Of a stretch of DNA of 64,000 nucleotides, positions 51,171 through 60,588 are shown one piece after another; position 1 is the first letter of the stretch, and each line of letters starts with the position of its first letter. Both the position numbers and the translations under genes were made by a program. Origin of the DNA: Minisyncoccota bacterium (GTDB lineage: Bacteria; Patescibacteriota; Minisyncoccia; Phycocordibacterales; UBA918); contig JAWKSP010000001.1 of NCBI GenBank assembly GCA_041389025.1, positions 414,663-478,662 on the forward strand, written 5' to 3'. Under the pieces are notes generated by a model that did not search any database, was not told where the DNA came from, and saw only the letters and a list, made by a program, of their open reading frames with translations.

Positions 51171-53180
51171 ATGGAGCACACACATCATAGTGGACATGGA
51201 CACGGTCCTTTAATGGGTCATGGTTCTGCCGAGACTTTTTTGAAACGATTTTGGATTGTAACTTTTTTGTTGATTCCGCTGGTGTTTGCGAACCAGATGG
51301 TAATGCAGGCGGTGGGGTTTGAAGCCTATACTTTAAGTAAATGGTTCGGCTTTCTAATCGCCACGGTGATTTTTGGTTTTGCTTTAGTGTTTTTTGAACA
51401 TGCGTGGCACGAGATAAAGGCCAAACAGTACGGCATGATGACCTTAGTGTCGTTAGCTGTCGGAGCCGGATATTTATTTTCAGTTGTCGCAACTTTTGTT
51501 CCGACGCTAGAAGCGGATTTTTATTTGGAAATCTCAACTCTTATCTGGGTGCTTTTGTTTGGTCATTATTTGGAAGCTAAATCAGGAGCGGCGGCTGGTA
51601 ATGCTTTATCCTTGGTAGCGAAACTTCTACCTAAAAAAGCCCATCGCTTGGTTAATGATAGAGAAGAGGAGATCGAAGTGAGTGAACTAAAGGTTGGTGA
51701 TTTGGTATTGGTGAAGCCAGGTGAAAAGATTCCGGCAGATGGTGTGGTCGTGTCGGGTGCGGCAAATGTTGACGAGGCTCTTATTAGTGGTGAGTCAAAA
51801 CCCTTAGAAAAGAAAGTTAATGATGAGGTGGTAGCTGGTTCTATTTGTCTTGATGGTTCTTTGACCGTTCGCTTGACTAGAGTAGGTGAGCATTCAACTA
51901 TTGGTCAAATTCAAAACTTGATTACTAAAGCCCAATTAACTAAACCAAAGTCACAACGGTTGGCTGACAAGGCAGCAGCAATTTTGACCGCGGTAGCGGC
52001 TGTTACAGCACTTCTGACTGTTTTGGTGTGGTCGTTAATTTTAGGCGAAACCTTGGTTTTCTCGATTACTCTTGCGATCACGGTTTTGGTTATTGCTTGT
52101 CCGCATGCGCTTGGTTTGGCTATTCCGACGGTCACTACTATCACTACTTCAATTGCTATTAAGAATGGTTTTTTTATAAAAAATTTGGCTAAGCTCGAAG
52201 TACTTAAGAAAGTTAGTTATGTTGTATTTGATAAAACTGGTACTTTGACCACTGGTGAATTTGGTGTGAGTGAAGTGCTTTCGATAGAGGGTGTAGAAAA
52301 AGATAGTGTATTGGCAGTGGCTGCTTCTTTAGAACAACACTCCTCACATATTATCGGCCGATCTATAGTCGAGTACGCAAAAAAGAAAGATGTAAGATTG
52401 CACTCAATTGGAAACTTTAAAAATGTGGCCGGTAAAGGTATTCAAGCGGAGATATCTGGAGAAGTATTTTTGGTTGGTAACACTGCCATGATGAAATCTT
52501 TTGGAGTAGAAATTGATGTTATAAAAGAAAAATATTTAGAGTTATCAGAAAGGGGTAAGACAGTAGTTTTTGTAGCTAGGCAAAAACAACTAATTGGTCT
52601 TATTGGTTTGTCAGACACTATCAAAAAAGAAGCTGCTTTGGCAGTTGATCGTTTGCATGATATGGGAATTAAAGTAGCTATGTTAACGGGAGATAATCAG
52701 GCGGTAGCTAAAGCAGTGGCGGAAGAATTAAAAATCGATACATACTTTGCTGAAGTTTTGCCGGAAGATAAGTACCAGCGTATTAAGTCTTTACAGGAAA
52801 AAGGTGGAGTAGTGGTGATGATTGGTGATGGGGTGAATGATGCTCCGGCCTTAACTCAAGCTGATGTGGGGGTCGCAATCGGAGCCGGTACGGATGTAGC
52901 GGTTGAGGCGGGAGATGTGGTACTGACTCGAAATAATCCTGAGGATGTAGTTCGGCTTATAATTTTGGCCAAGAAAGTTTATGTAAAGATGGTGCAGAAT
53001 TTAGGGTGGGCACTTGGTTACAATATCGTTGCTATTCCAGCTGCCGCCGGTGTGTTCTCGAGTCAAATTTTCTTTGGCGGTTTTCTCTTAAGACCAGAAA
53101 TCGGAGCTTTAATAATGAGTTTATCAACCGTAATTGTGGTGGTTAATGCGCTGTTATTAAAGAAGATTAATTTAAAGTAA
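51171..53180 (+). CDS. copB: Copper-translocating P1B-type ATPase (CopB-like)
   Basis: His-rich N-terminus, SGES, CPH, DKTGT, GDGVNDAP, YN, MSLS. Confidence 0.9.
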   Translation: MEHTHHSGHGHGPLMGHGSAETFLKRFWIVTFLLIPLVFANQMVMQAVGFEAYTLSKWFGFLIATVIFGFALVFFEHAWHEIKAKQYGMMTLVSLAVGAGYLFSVVATFVPTLEADFYLEISTLIWVLLFGHYLEAKSGAAAGNALSLVAKLLPKKAHRLVNDREEEIEVSELKVGDLVLVKPGEKIPADGVVVSGAANVDEALISGESKPLEKKVNDEVVAGSICLDGSLTVRLTRVGEHSTIGQIQNLITKAQLTKPKSQRLADKAAAILTAVAAVTALLTVLVWSLILGETLVFSITLAITVLVIACPHALGLAIPTVTTITTSIAIKNGFFIKNLAKLEVLKKVSYVVFDKTGTLTTGEFGVSEVLSIEGVEKDSVLAVAASLEQHSSHIIGRSIVEYAKKKDVRLHSIGNFKNVAGKGIQAEISGEVFLVGNTAMMKSFGVEIDVIKEKYLELSERGKTVVFVARQKQLIGLIGLSDTIKKEAALAVDRLHDMGIKVAMLTGDNQAVAKAVAEELKIDTYFAEVLPEDKYQRIKSLQEKGGVVVMIGDGVNDAPALTQADVGVAIGAGTDVAVEAGDVVLTRNNPEDVVRLIILAKKVYVKMVQNLGWALGYNIVAIPAAAGVFSSQIFFGGFLLRPEIGALIMSLSTVIVVVNALLLKKINLK

Positions 53181-53243
53181 AAGTTTTTATAGGAATTTTA
53201 AAGCAATTACTTTTTTGTTTTTAAGTTAGTCAAGTATGAATTA

Positions 53244-53273
53244 TTGTACATAGGGTACCCCCTATGCTATAAT
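53244..53273 (+). promoter_or_regulatory. Promoter with CsoR/RcnR/CstR-type operator in its spacer
   Basis: TTGTAC...TGcTATAAT with catagggtaccccctatg (G/C tracts flanked by catag/ctatg) at 53249-53266. Confidence 0.7.
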
Positions 53274-53279
53274 TTAAAA

Positions 53280-53534
53280 ATGCAGAAAGAAAGAAAAGAA
53301 ATTATAAATCATATCAGTCGACTGGAAGGGCAGTTGGCTAGAGTTAAGCAAGAATTGCAGAGTAGTGAGGTGGATTGTGTAAAAGCTAGTACCATACTGC
53401 TTTCAGCCTCTCGTTCGTTTGCTGGCTTGCGGCAAAAGTTCACAGAGGCATTTTTACTTAAATATTTTATTGGTTCAATTAATAGTAAAAACGAAGAGGT
53501 ATTTGAAAAATTAATAGCTTTAATTAAAGGATAG
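53280..53534 (+). CDS. CsoR/RcnR/CstR family repressor
   Basis: HISRLEGQL...DC motif, 84 aa. Confidence 0.8.
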   Translation: MQKERKEIINHISRLEGQLARVKQELQSSEVDCVKASTILLSASRSFAGLRQKFTEAFLLKYFIGSINSKNEEVFEKLIALIKG

Positions 53535-53538
53535 TTCT

Positions 53539-54063
53539 ATGAAAAATATTTCAGTTGATGCGTTTAGAGAAATATTGGACGTTGAAAAAAATAATCAAAG
53601 AATAGATTTTATTAATGTTTGCGAACCAACTGAATACAGGTCAGAAAAAATTAATGGAGTACGCAACGTGCCATTAGGTGAAATAGATAAACATTTAGAA
53701 GAATTTTCTGATAAAGAAGTGGTCTATGTTCATTGCAGAAGTGGTAATCGTAGTCAGAAAGCTATTGAGAAAATGGAACTAGCTGGGGTTAGGGCACGCT
53801 TGGTTAATGTGAATGGTGGTTTATTAGCTTGGAACGAAGCTGGGTTTGAAACGACCTCAGAAATGAATAGTGGTATTCCACTAATTAGACAAGTTTTTTT
53901 GGTAGCGGGACTTTTAGTACTTGTTGGTATCTTGGGGTTTTATTTTGTTAGTGAAACTTTTCTACTTTTAGTAGTTTTGGTTGGAGGTGGACTTACTTTT
54001 TCTGGTTTAACCGGACATTGTGGCATGGCTTTATTTTTATCTAAAATGCCATGGAACAAATAA
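53539..54063 (+). CDS. Rhodanese-DUF2892 sulfurtransferase (YgaP-like)
   Basis: HCRSGNRS active loop, C-terminal TM with GLTGHCGMA...MPWN. Confidence 0.9.
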   Translation: MKNISVDAFREILDVEKNNQRIDFINVCEPTEYRSEKINGVRNVPLGEIDKHLEEFSDKEVVYVHCRSGNRSQKAIEKMELAGVRARLVNVNGGLLAWNEAGFETTSEMNSGIPLIRQVFLVAGLLVLVGILGFYFVSETFLLLVVLVGGGLTFSGLTGHCGMALFLSKMPWNK

Positions 54064-54089
54064 TTTATAAATAAACACTAAATTATATT

Positions 54090-54857
54090 ATGAAATACGT
54101 CTTATTTTTTGTAGCTGCTGTAGGAATTTGGGTTACTTATCAATTTGTTAGTAATGAAGAGTCTGGGATGGTGAATAATGAAGGGCAATCTAGCGAACAG
54201 ATTAATGTTACAAGTAGTGTTAATAAGGATAGTTTAGAAGAAGATTATGTAATTGATCGGTCTGATTTTGTTGATGTTTCAGCTATTGTGTCAGAAATGT
54301 CATTGGAAGAAGTTGTTACAAAAGAATCTGTATTATCAGAGACTGAAATTAGATGGCTTTCTTATATGAGAGAAGAAGAAAAGCTGGCACGTGATGTCTA
54401 CCAAAAATTATATGAAATTTGGGATTTAAATATTTTTTCCAATATTGCCAAAAGTGAAGAGACACATACTGAAGCAGTTAAAGAATTGATTAGTCGATAC
54501 AGTCTAACCGATCCGGTTTTGGATGATACAGTTGGGGTTTTTAGTAATGAAGAATTAGCTTTGCTTTATACTGATTTGGTTAGTCAGGGTTCAGTGTCTT
54601 TAGAGGAAGCTTTGGCGGTTGGAGCAACAATTGAGGACTTAGATATAAGAGATTTGCAAATAGCAGTTGAAGAATCAAAGCAAGAAGATATAATTGTCGT
54701 CTACAAAAATCTCATGAAAGGGTCAAGAAACCATTTACGGGCTTTTAATAAACAGTTAGAGAAAAGAACCGGAATACCTTATCAAGCCAAATATATATCC
54801 GATGAAGAGTTAAAAGAAATAATAAATACTGATACGGAAAGAGGTTATATTAGATAA
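54090..54857 (+). CDS. DUF2202 ferritin-like protein, membrane anchored
   Basis: MREEEKLARDVY, SEETH, IEDLDI, GSRNHLRAF. Confidence 0.85.
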   Translation: MKYVLFFVAAVGIWVTYQFVSNEESGMVNNEGQSSEQINVTSSVNKDSLEEDYVIDRSDFVDVSAIVSEMSLEEVVTKESVLSETEIRWLSYMREEEKLARDVYQKLYEIWDLNIFSNIAKSEETHTEAVKELISRYSLTDPVLDDTVGVFSNEELALLYTDLVSQGSVSLEEALAVGATIEDLDIRDLQIAVEESKQEDIIVVYKNLMKGSRNHLRAFNKQLEKRTGIPYQAKYISDEELKEIINTDTERGYIR

Positions 54858-54906
54858 TCTAAATCATAAAAGTCATTAAATAAAATCTAAACAAGTAAAA
54901 TTTATT

Positions 54907-55833
54907 ATGGATTATAAACAGTTTTTAGAGTATGAGCCGGAAGTACAAGGTTTTTTTGATCCAATAACTAATACTATTAGTTATGTGGTGACGGATAAAG
55001 AAACTAAAAAATGCGCCATTATTGATAGTGTCATGGATTTTGATCAGGCTGGCGGTGGCATATATTTTGATCAGGCTGAATTGATGGTTGATTATATAAA
55101 AAATAACAAATATCAAGTAGAATGGATTTTAGAAACTCATGTTCATGCTGATCATTTATCAGCTGCTCCGTATCTTAAGGAGAAGTTGGGTGGAAAAATG
55201 GCAATTGGTAAATATATAAAAGAAGTACAGGAGATTTTTGGAAAAGTATTTAATGAAGGTACTGAGTTTGCTCGTGATGGTAGTCAGTTTGATAGACTAT
55301 GGAATGATGGGGATCAATTTTCACTTGGCAATATATCAGCTTTAGCGATACATACACCAGGACATACACCGGCCGACATGGTTTATGTTATCGGTAATGC
55401 CGTGTTTGCCGGTGACACGATGTTTATGCCTGATTTTGGTACAGCAAGATGTGATTTTCCTGGCGGCAGTGCTAGGAGTATGTACGATTCAACTAAAAAA
55501 ATTTTTGCTCTACCAGATGAAATGCGGATGTTTATGTGTCACGATTATCTACCGGAAGGACGAACTGAATACCAATGGGAAACAACCGTTGGTGAACAAA
55601 AGAAAAATAATGTTCATCTTAAGGCTGGAACTGAACCTGATCGATTTATAGAAATGAGAGAAAAAAGAGATTTAGCTCTTGGTATGCCGAGATTGATAAT
55701 ACCTTCTATTCAAGTAAATATGCGTGGTGGTAATTTTCCTTATAAAGAAAGTAATGATACTGTTTATTTAAAAACTCCCATTAATAGTATTTTTTCTAAA
55801 AAATTATCTAAAATTCAGCTCGGTAAAGATTAG
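54907..55833 (+). CDS. Persulfide dioxygenase-like MBL-fold protein (Blh/ETHE1)
   Basis: ETHVHADH, TPGHT, GDTMFMPDFGTARCDFPGG, CHDY, PSIQVN. Confidence 0.88.
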   Translation: MDYKQFLEYEPEVQGFFDPITNTISYVVTDKETKKCAIIDSVMDFDQAGGGIYFDQAELMVDYIKNNKYQVEWILETHVHADHLSAAPYLKEKLGGKMAIGKYIKEVQEIFGKVFNEGTEFARDGSQFDRLWNDGDQFSLGNISALAIHTPGHTPADMVYVIGNAVFAGDTMFMPDFGTARCDFPGGSARSMYDSTKKIFALPDEMRMFMCHDYLPEGRTEYQWETTVGEQKKNNVHLKAGTEPDRFIEMREKRDLALGMPRLIIPSIQVNMRGGNFPYKESNDTVYLKTPINSIFSKKLSKIQLGKD

Positions 55834-55887
55834 GACTACTTACAAGTTTGTTGTATATTTAAGTTATTAGTTTTAACCACTTAAATT

Positions 55888-56202
55888 ATGATTACAACAA
55901 CAATTGATTATGTACCAAATCGAGAAATTGGAGAGCTTCTTGGTATAGCTAGGGGAAGTACGGTTCGGTCCAGACATTTAGGTCGTGATATAACCGCTAT
56001 GTTTAAAAATATTGTTGGTGGAGAAATAGAGGAGTATACCAAACTACAAGCTGATGCTAGAGAGCAGGCTCTGCAAAGGTTGGTTAAGGATGCTGAAAGG
56101 CTGGGAGCTGATGCGGTAATTGGTCTTCGAATAACAACCACTGTTGTGTCTCAAGGGTCGGCTGAGATATTGGTTTATGGTACAGCGGTTAAACTTAAGT
56201 AG
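55888..56202 (+). CDS. YbjQ (UPF0145) family protein
   Basis: GGEIEEY, LGADAVIG, YGTAV. Confidence 0.9.
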   Translation: MITTTIDYVPNREIGELLGIARGSTVRSRHLGRDITAMFKNIVGGEIEEYTKLQADAREQALQRLVKDAERLGADAVIGLRITTTVVSQGSAEILVYGTAVKLK

Positions 56203-56212
56203 AAAGTAAATT

Positions 56213-56329
56213 ATGTTTATTCCAGCAGAGGTTTTATTTTGGTTAATCTTTTGGGTAATGTTGGCTTATTTTGCTTGGCGACGATTCAAGGTTAAGGAAC
56301 AAGAAGATTTTGAAGATAGAGATAATTAA
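56213..56329 (+). CDS. Small (38 aa) membrane protein
   Basis: Not in ORF track: MFIPAEVLFWLIFWVMLAYFAWRRFKVKEQEDFEDRDN*. Confidence 0.6.
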   Translation: MFIPAEVLFWLIFWVMLAYFAWRRFKVKEQEDFEDRDN

Positions 56330-56342
56330 GATTTAAGTTTTA

Positions 56343-56377
56343 AAAAAGCTGTATGTCTAATAGACATACAGCTTTTT
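56343..56377. terminator. Bidirectional terminator palindrome, 17-bp arms
   Basis: aaaaagctgtatgtcta-a-tagacatacagcttttt between convergent genes. Confidence 0.75.
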
Positions 56378-56401
56378 AGAATTTGGTATTACTTTTTAGG
56401 T

Positions 56402-56827
56402 TTAGCTCTCAGCTAAACTTTTTTTTGACGACCATTCAGCTCTTTTTTCTAGTAAGTAAGTTCTTAACATTTTTGACAACTTGCCTAGATGCTTACAAGC
56501 TAAAAAATCTTGTACTGACAACTCAATTGTGTTTAGTACTTGATGTTGGTCTTTATTTTCAAGTATGTACAGTATAATGATGTTTTCTGATCGGTTGGTT
56601 GGCCAATCTATTTTTGTAACGAACTCTAACCCCTTTGTCATTTTTATGCCGGTTTTTTCTGATATCACTGCTTTGGCAACTTCATCCGGCTTTTCTCCTT
56701 TTGACATTGTTTTGTTTGGTAATTGGTAACGTTTTTTACCTTTGTCGGCTACACAAACTATTGATTCAGAATTGTTGTTAAATACAAGCACTACAACTGT
56801 TTTACAGGTTGGATTTGCGTTATTCAT
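56402..56827 (-). CDS. Degenerate NUDIX-fold orphan
   Basis: YQLPNKTMSKGEKPDEVAKAVISEKTGI resembles a Nudix box lacking key residues; SD AAGGAGGT. Confidence 0.6.
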   Translation of the reverse strand: MNNANPTCKTVVVLVFNNNSESIVCVADKGKKRYQLPNKTMSKGEKPDEVAKAVISEKTGIKMTKGLEFVTKIDWPTNRSENIIILYILENKDQHQVLNTIELSVQDFLACKHLGKLSKMLRTYLLEKRAEWSSKKSLAES

Positions 56828-56951
56828 CGTACACCTCCTTTATTTATTTTAAAAATTCAAGGGACAATTCAATAATTTTTTAGCAAATTTTTGATAAAAA
56901 GTAAATGTTTTCCCTTTACTAATTTTTTAGATAAAATAATTACGGTGTAAT

Positions 56952-57326
56952 TTAGTCTGTTAGGATATTTAACTTCACTTTTTTAACTATATCCTCTAAG
57001 CTACTATGAGCTTTTATAATATAGTCGACAATACCACCTTGGTGGGCTGAAGCGACGTTTTTTACGTCATCCATGGCGGTTAAGATAATCACTTTAGCCT
57101 TTTGTCCCCAATGATCTTCTCTTAGTCGGGTCAAAGTTTCGTGACCGTCCATTATCGGCATAATAATATCAAGAAGGATTAAATCAGGTTTTATTTCTAG
57201 AGCTTTTTTAAGACCAATCTCTCCATTTTCAGCTGTTTCAACCAAAAAACCAGCTTCAGCGATAGCTTCAGCCATGGCTTCCCTGATATCTGGCTCATCT
57301 TCTATAATCAAGATTTTTTTATTCAT
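56952..57326 (-). CDS. Single-domain response regulator
   Basis: IIEDE, LLDIIMP, ILT, YIIK. Confidence 0.9.
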   Translation of the reverse strand: MNKKILIIEDEPDIREAMAEAIAEAGFLVETAENGEIGLKKALEIKPDLILLDIIMPIMDGHETLTRLREDHWGQKAKVIILTAMDDVKNVASAHQGGIVDYIIKAHSSLEDIVKKVKLNILTD

Positions 57327-57414
57327 AAGCTTTTAATTTTTTATCAATAATAACATACATAATATAAATTATATTTATTGGATTACCGGCTTTGACTTGG
57401 TATGATTACTGGTA

Positions 57415-58629
57415 ATGATGGAATACGTGCTTATAGCTATACTTATTTCAATATTACCAGTCACTTTTCTGGTTGGATTGAATGTTGATTTTTGGTTGGT
57501 TCTAATCGTGTCATTATTACAATTTATTGTTGGTATCATTTATATTTACTTCAATAAAAAAAATAAAGATGAATTAAATATAAAGCTAAACACTTTAACT
57601 GGTGATAGATTTTTATTTCTATATGAACGGAGTCCAACCCCTTATTTAATTATAAATCAGTCAGGTAAAATTCTTATGTCTAATCCGGCGGCGATTAGTT
57701 TATTTTCAGCTACTACTGATAGTCTGCCGGAGATAAATTTTTATGAGAGATTACATTTTGTAAAAGAAGTAGACTCAGAGGTGATTGAAGGTAAAATTAA
57801 TTCTGGACAAACCATAAACGGAAAAGAATTACAAATAGAAACATTGGCTGGAGAAATGAAGTGGATTTCTATGTCGGTTTTTCGTTATGAAGCTGAAGAA
57901 CAAAGACTGGTTTCTTTAATTGATATCACTAGAGCTAAGTTGGTGGATACAGCCAAGACCGAATTTGTGGCTCTAGCGACACATCAACTCAGAACTCCGA
58001 TTTCTGCTATTAGATGGAATTTTGAATTATTACAAAAGAAGTTTCAAAATTCTATAACTGAAGAACAACAAAAGTATATGGGTAAAATTGAGCGGAATAT
58101 TTTTCGAATGATCGCCCTAATTGATGATTTTTTGAATGTTTCAAAATTAGAAACCGGAACTTTTGCCACTGATTATAGAGATATAAATTTGACAGATTTT
58201 TTTGATACCATTGCTGATGAATATTTAGAAAAAATAACTGAGAAAAATATATCTTTGGAAAAATCTTATCAATTGGATAATTTAAATGTGCGTTCTGATA
58301 ATCGCTTGTTACACATAATTGTTAGTAACCTATTATCAAATGCAGTCAAGTATACAAAAACTAACGGTAAGATATATTTTTCTTACAAACAACAAGATGG
58401 TTTGGTAAATATAACAGTGGCTGATGATGGTATTGGTATTCCTAAAGGTGAAATTGATAAATTATTCTCAAAGTTTTATCGAGCCAGTAATGCTCGGTCA
58501 CATCAAACAGAAGGAACTGGACTTGGCTTATATGTAGTCAAGCAGTCGATAGAAAAATTAAAGGGTGATATAAGTGTTGTATCTGAAAATGGCCAGACTG
58601 TTTTTTCAGTTAATTTACCATTAAATTAG
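57415..58629 (+). CDS. PAS-domain sensor histidine kinase
   Basis: Two TMs, PAS, THQLRTP, NLLSNAVKY, DDGIGIP, GTGLGL. Confidence 0.93.
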   Translation: MMEYVLIAILISILPVTFLVGLNVDFWLVLIVSLLQFIVGIIYIYFNKKNKDELNIKLNTLTGDRFLFLYERSPTPYLIINQSGKILMSNPAAISLFSATTDSLPEINFYERLHFVKEVDSEVIEGKINSGQTINGKELQIETLAGEMKWISMSVFRYEAEEQRLVSLIDITRAKLVDTAKTEFVALATHQLRTPISAIRWNFELLQKKFQNSITEEQQKYMGKIERNIFRMIALIDDFLNVSKLETGTFATDYRDINLTDFFDTIADEYLEKITEKNISLEKSYQLDNLNVRSDNRLLHIIVSNLLSNAVKYTKTNGKIYFSYKQQDGLVNITVADDGIGIPKGEIDKLFSKFYRASNARSHQTEGTGLGLYVVKQSIEKLKGDISVVSENGQTVFSVNLPLN

Positions 58630-58666
58630 CACTGGTTAACTTCTAAAAACATGCTAGGATGGGCGA

Positions 58667-59416
58667 ATGAAAACCGAGTATGAATACATATACGGCAAAC
58701 ATGCAGTAGCTGAAGCCTTGTTAAAATCACCAGAAATTGTGAAAGTGGTATTTTTGGACCAAAATTTTTCAGATGAAAAAGTACTAAAGCTACTTGATAT
58801 TGAGAATCTTTCTATCAAACCTTTAAATTTAAAAAATCCACCACGAGGAATTTCTTCTAAAGCTAATCATCAGGGAATTGTGGCGGGAATTGTGGCGGAG
58901 AAGTTGATGGTTCCATATAAGGATTTTATTAAGAATATAAAAATTAGCCAAGATACAGCTTTGTTGGTCTTGGGAGAAGTGCAGGATCCGCATAATGTTG
59001 GAGCGGTGATACGTTCTGCTGCTGCTTTTGGTTTAGCAGGGGTTTTGATTCCACCGCATAATCAAGCGCCGGTAACCGGAACGGTGATAAAAGTATCGGC
59101 CGGAATGGCTTTTCAAGTACCGTTGGTTACTATTAGTAATGTGAATACTATATTAAGGGACTTGAAAGAGCGAGGTTTTTGGATTTATGGACTTGAAGGT
59201 GATGGTGATACTAAGACTACTGAAGAAGTCTTTGATAGACCTAGTGTATTTGTATTAGGAAATGAAGGTGATGGATTGAGGCAGAAAACAAAAGAAACTT
59301 GTGATTCACTTATTTCGATACCGATTCACTCACGGTGCGAGTCTTTAAATGCGGCAGCCGCAACAGCGGTGGTTTTAGCGGCTTGGAGCGCTAGACATCA
59401 GTCAGCTTTATTTTAG
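58667..59416 (+). CDS. rlmB: 23S rRNA (Gm2251)-methyltransferase RlmB (SPOUT)
   Basis: IYGKHAV, HQGIV, QDPHNVGAVIRSA, GNEGDG, ESLN. Confidence 0.9.
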   Translation: MKTEYEYIYGKHAVAEALLKSPEIVKVVFLDQNFSDEKVLKLLDIENLSIKPLNLKNPPRGISSKANHQGIVAGIVAEKLMVPYKDFIKNIKISQDTALLVLGEVQDPHNVGAVIRSAAAFGLAGVLIPPHNQAPVTGTVIKVSAGMAFQVPLVTISNVNTILRDLKERGFWIYGLEGDGDTKTTEEVFDRPSVFVLGNEGDGLRQKTKETCDSLISIPIHSRCESLNAAAATAVVLAAWSARHQSALF

Positions 59417-59533
59417 GATGATTGTTGACGGAGTTGGGTTTTCAGAAGTTTAAAGTATGTTAGTATAGCCGGAAGCATTAACCAAAACAGTGGTTATGAC
59501 ACGTTTATTAAGATTTAGTTATTATTTTGATTT

Positions 59534-60496
59534 ATGGAGGAAAAAAAAGTAGATTCAAACGAAGTAACATCTGATTCTGTTTCAGGTGATAACACAGCTG
59601 AAGTAAATTCAGAATCAGTACCAGAAAAAAACGATCTGAGTTCAGATATTAAGGAGAACTCACCAGTATCAACTGAAACGATGTCGACTAACAGCGATAG
59701 CCTAAATACTTCTGGTGTAGAGACTGAAGAAGAGGGGAAACCTTTAGGTGCGGTTGAAAATAGTGACGTGACTACTCGTGATGATGGTAAGAAAAAAGTC
59801 AGTCTAAAATCATATGCTATCGCAGCTGTTTTGGTAATTATTATCTCACTAGGCTTATTATTTATGCTTGAGCGTGGCGGGTATGTAAACACCGGTTTGT
59901 TCGCTGCCGTGATTGAAAGTATGGAAACTAAGAAGCCGGCAGCTAAAGTAAATGGAGAGGTTATCACTAAAGGAGATCTAGATAGTGGGGTGAAGCAGTT
60001 GGTTGAAATTGCTAGTTTACAAGGTATGGATGTCAGTGATGATGCGATGAAAGAACAGTTTGAAAATCAAGCACTTGATACATTAATAAACGGAGAAATA
60101 CTTAGACAAAAAGCTATCTCTGAAGGTGTCGAGGCTAAAGAATCTGATATAGATAATCGTTTTAGTGAAATAAGTGAAGGTGTTGGTGGTGATGAAGTTT
60201 TGGAAGAAAGAATGGCTGAATTTGGTATCTCTAAAGAGACTTTACGAAAAGATATTGAAAATGAAATCTTGATCCAAGGTTTGTTTGATAATCTTTTTCC
60301 TGAAACCATTGAAGTAACTGATGAAGACGTGACAACTTTTTATGAAGAGAATGGTGGTGAGGCAGGCGGATTGCCACCATTGGAAGATATAAAAGAACAG
60401 ATAATAGAACAGATACGAGTAAATAAAGAAAATGAGCAGGTTGGACAATATATAGAAGAATTACGACAAGAAGCTGAGATTGAGATTTTGATTTAA
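59534..60496 (+). CDS. SurA/PrsA N-terminal-domain chaperone without PPIase domain
   Basis: Acidic disordered N-terminus, TM, AAKVNGEVIT, LINGEIL, ELRQEAEI. Confidence 0.75.
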   Translation: MEEKKVDSNEVTSDSVSGDNTAEVNSESVPEKNDLSSDIKENSPVSTETMSTNSDSLNTSGVETEEEGKPLGAVENSDVTTRDDGKKKVSLKSYAIAAVLVIIISLGLLFMLERGGYVNTGLFAAVIESMETKKPAAKVNGEVITKGDLDSGVKQLVEIASLQGMDVSDDAMKEQFENQALDTLINGEILRQKAISEGVEAKESDIDNRFSEISEGVGGDEVLEERMAEFGISKETLRKDIENEILIQGLFDNLFPETIEVTDEDVTTFYEENGGEAGGLPPLEDIKEQIIEQIRVNKENEQVGQYIEELRQEAEIEILI

Positions 60497-60588
60497 TACT
60501 TAAAATTTTCTAATAATAAAAAATAAAGGGGTATAACCTCTTTATTTTTTTATTATTAGTCATTTATAAATCTGTTATACTTTAGGTT

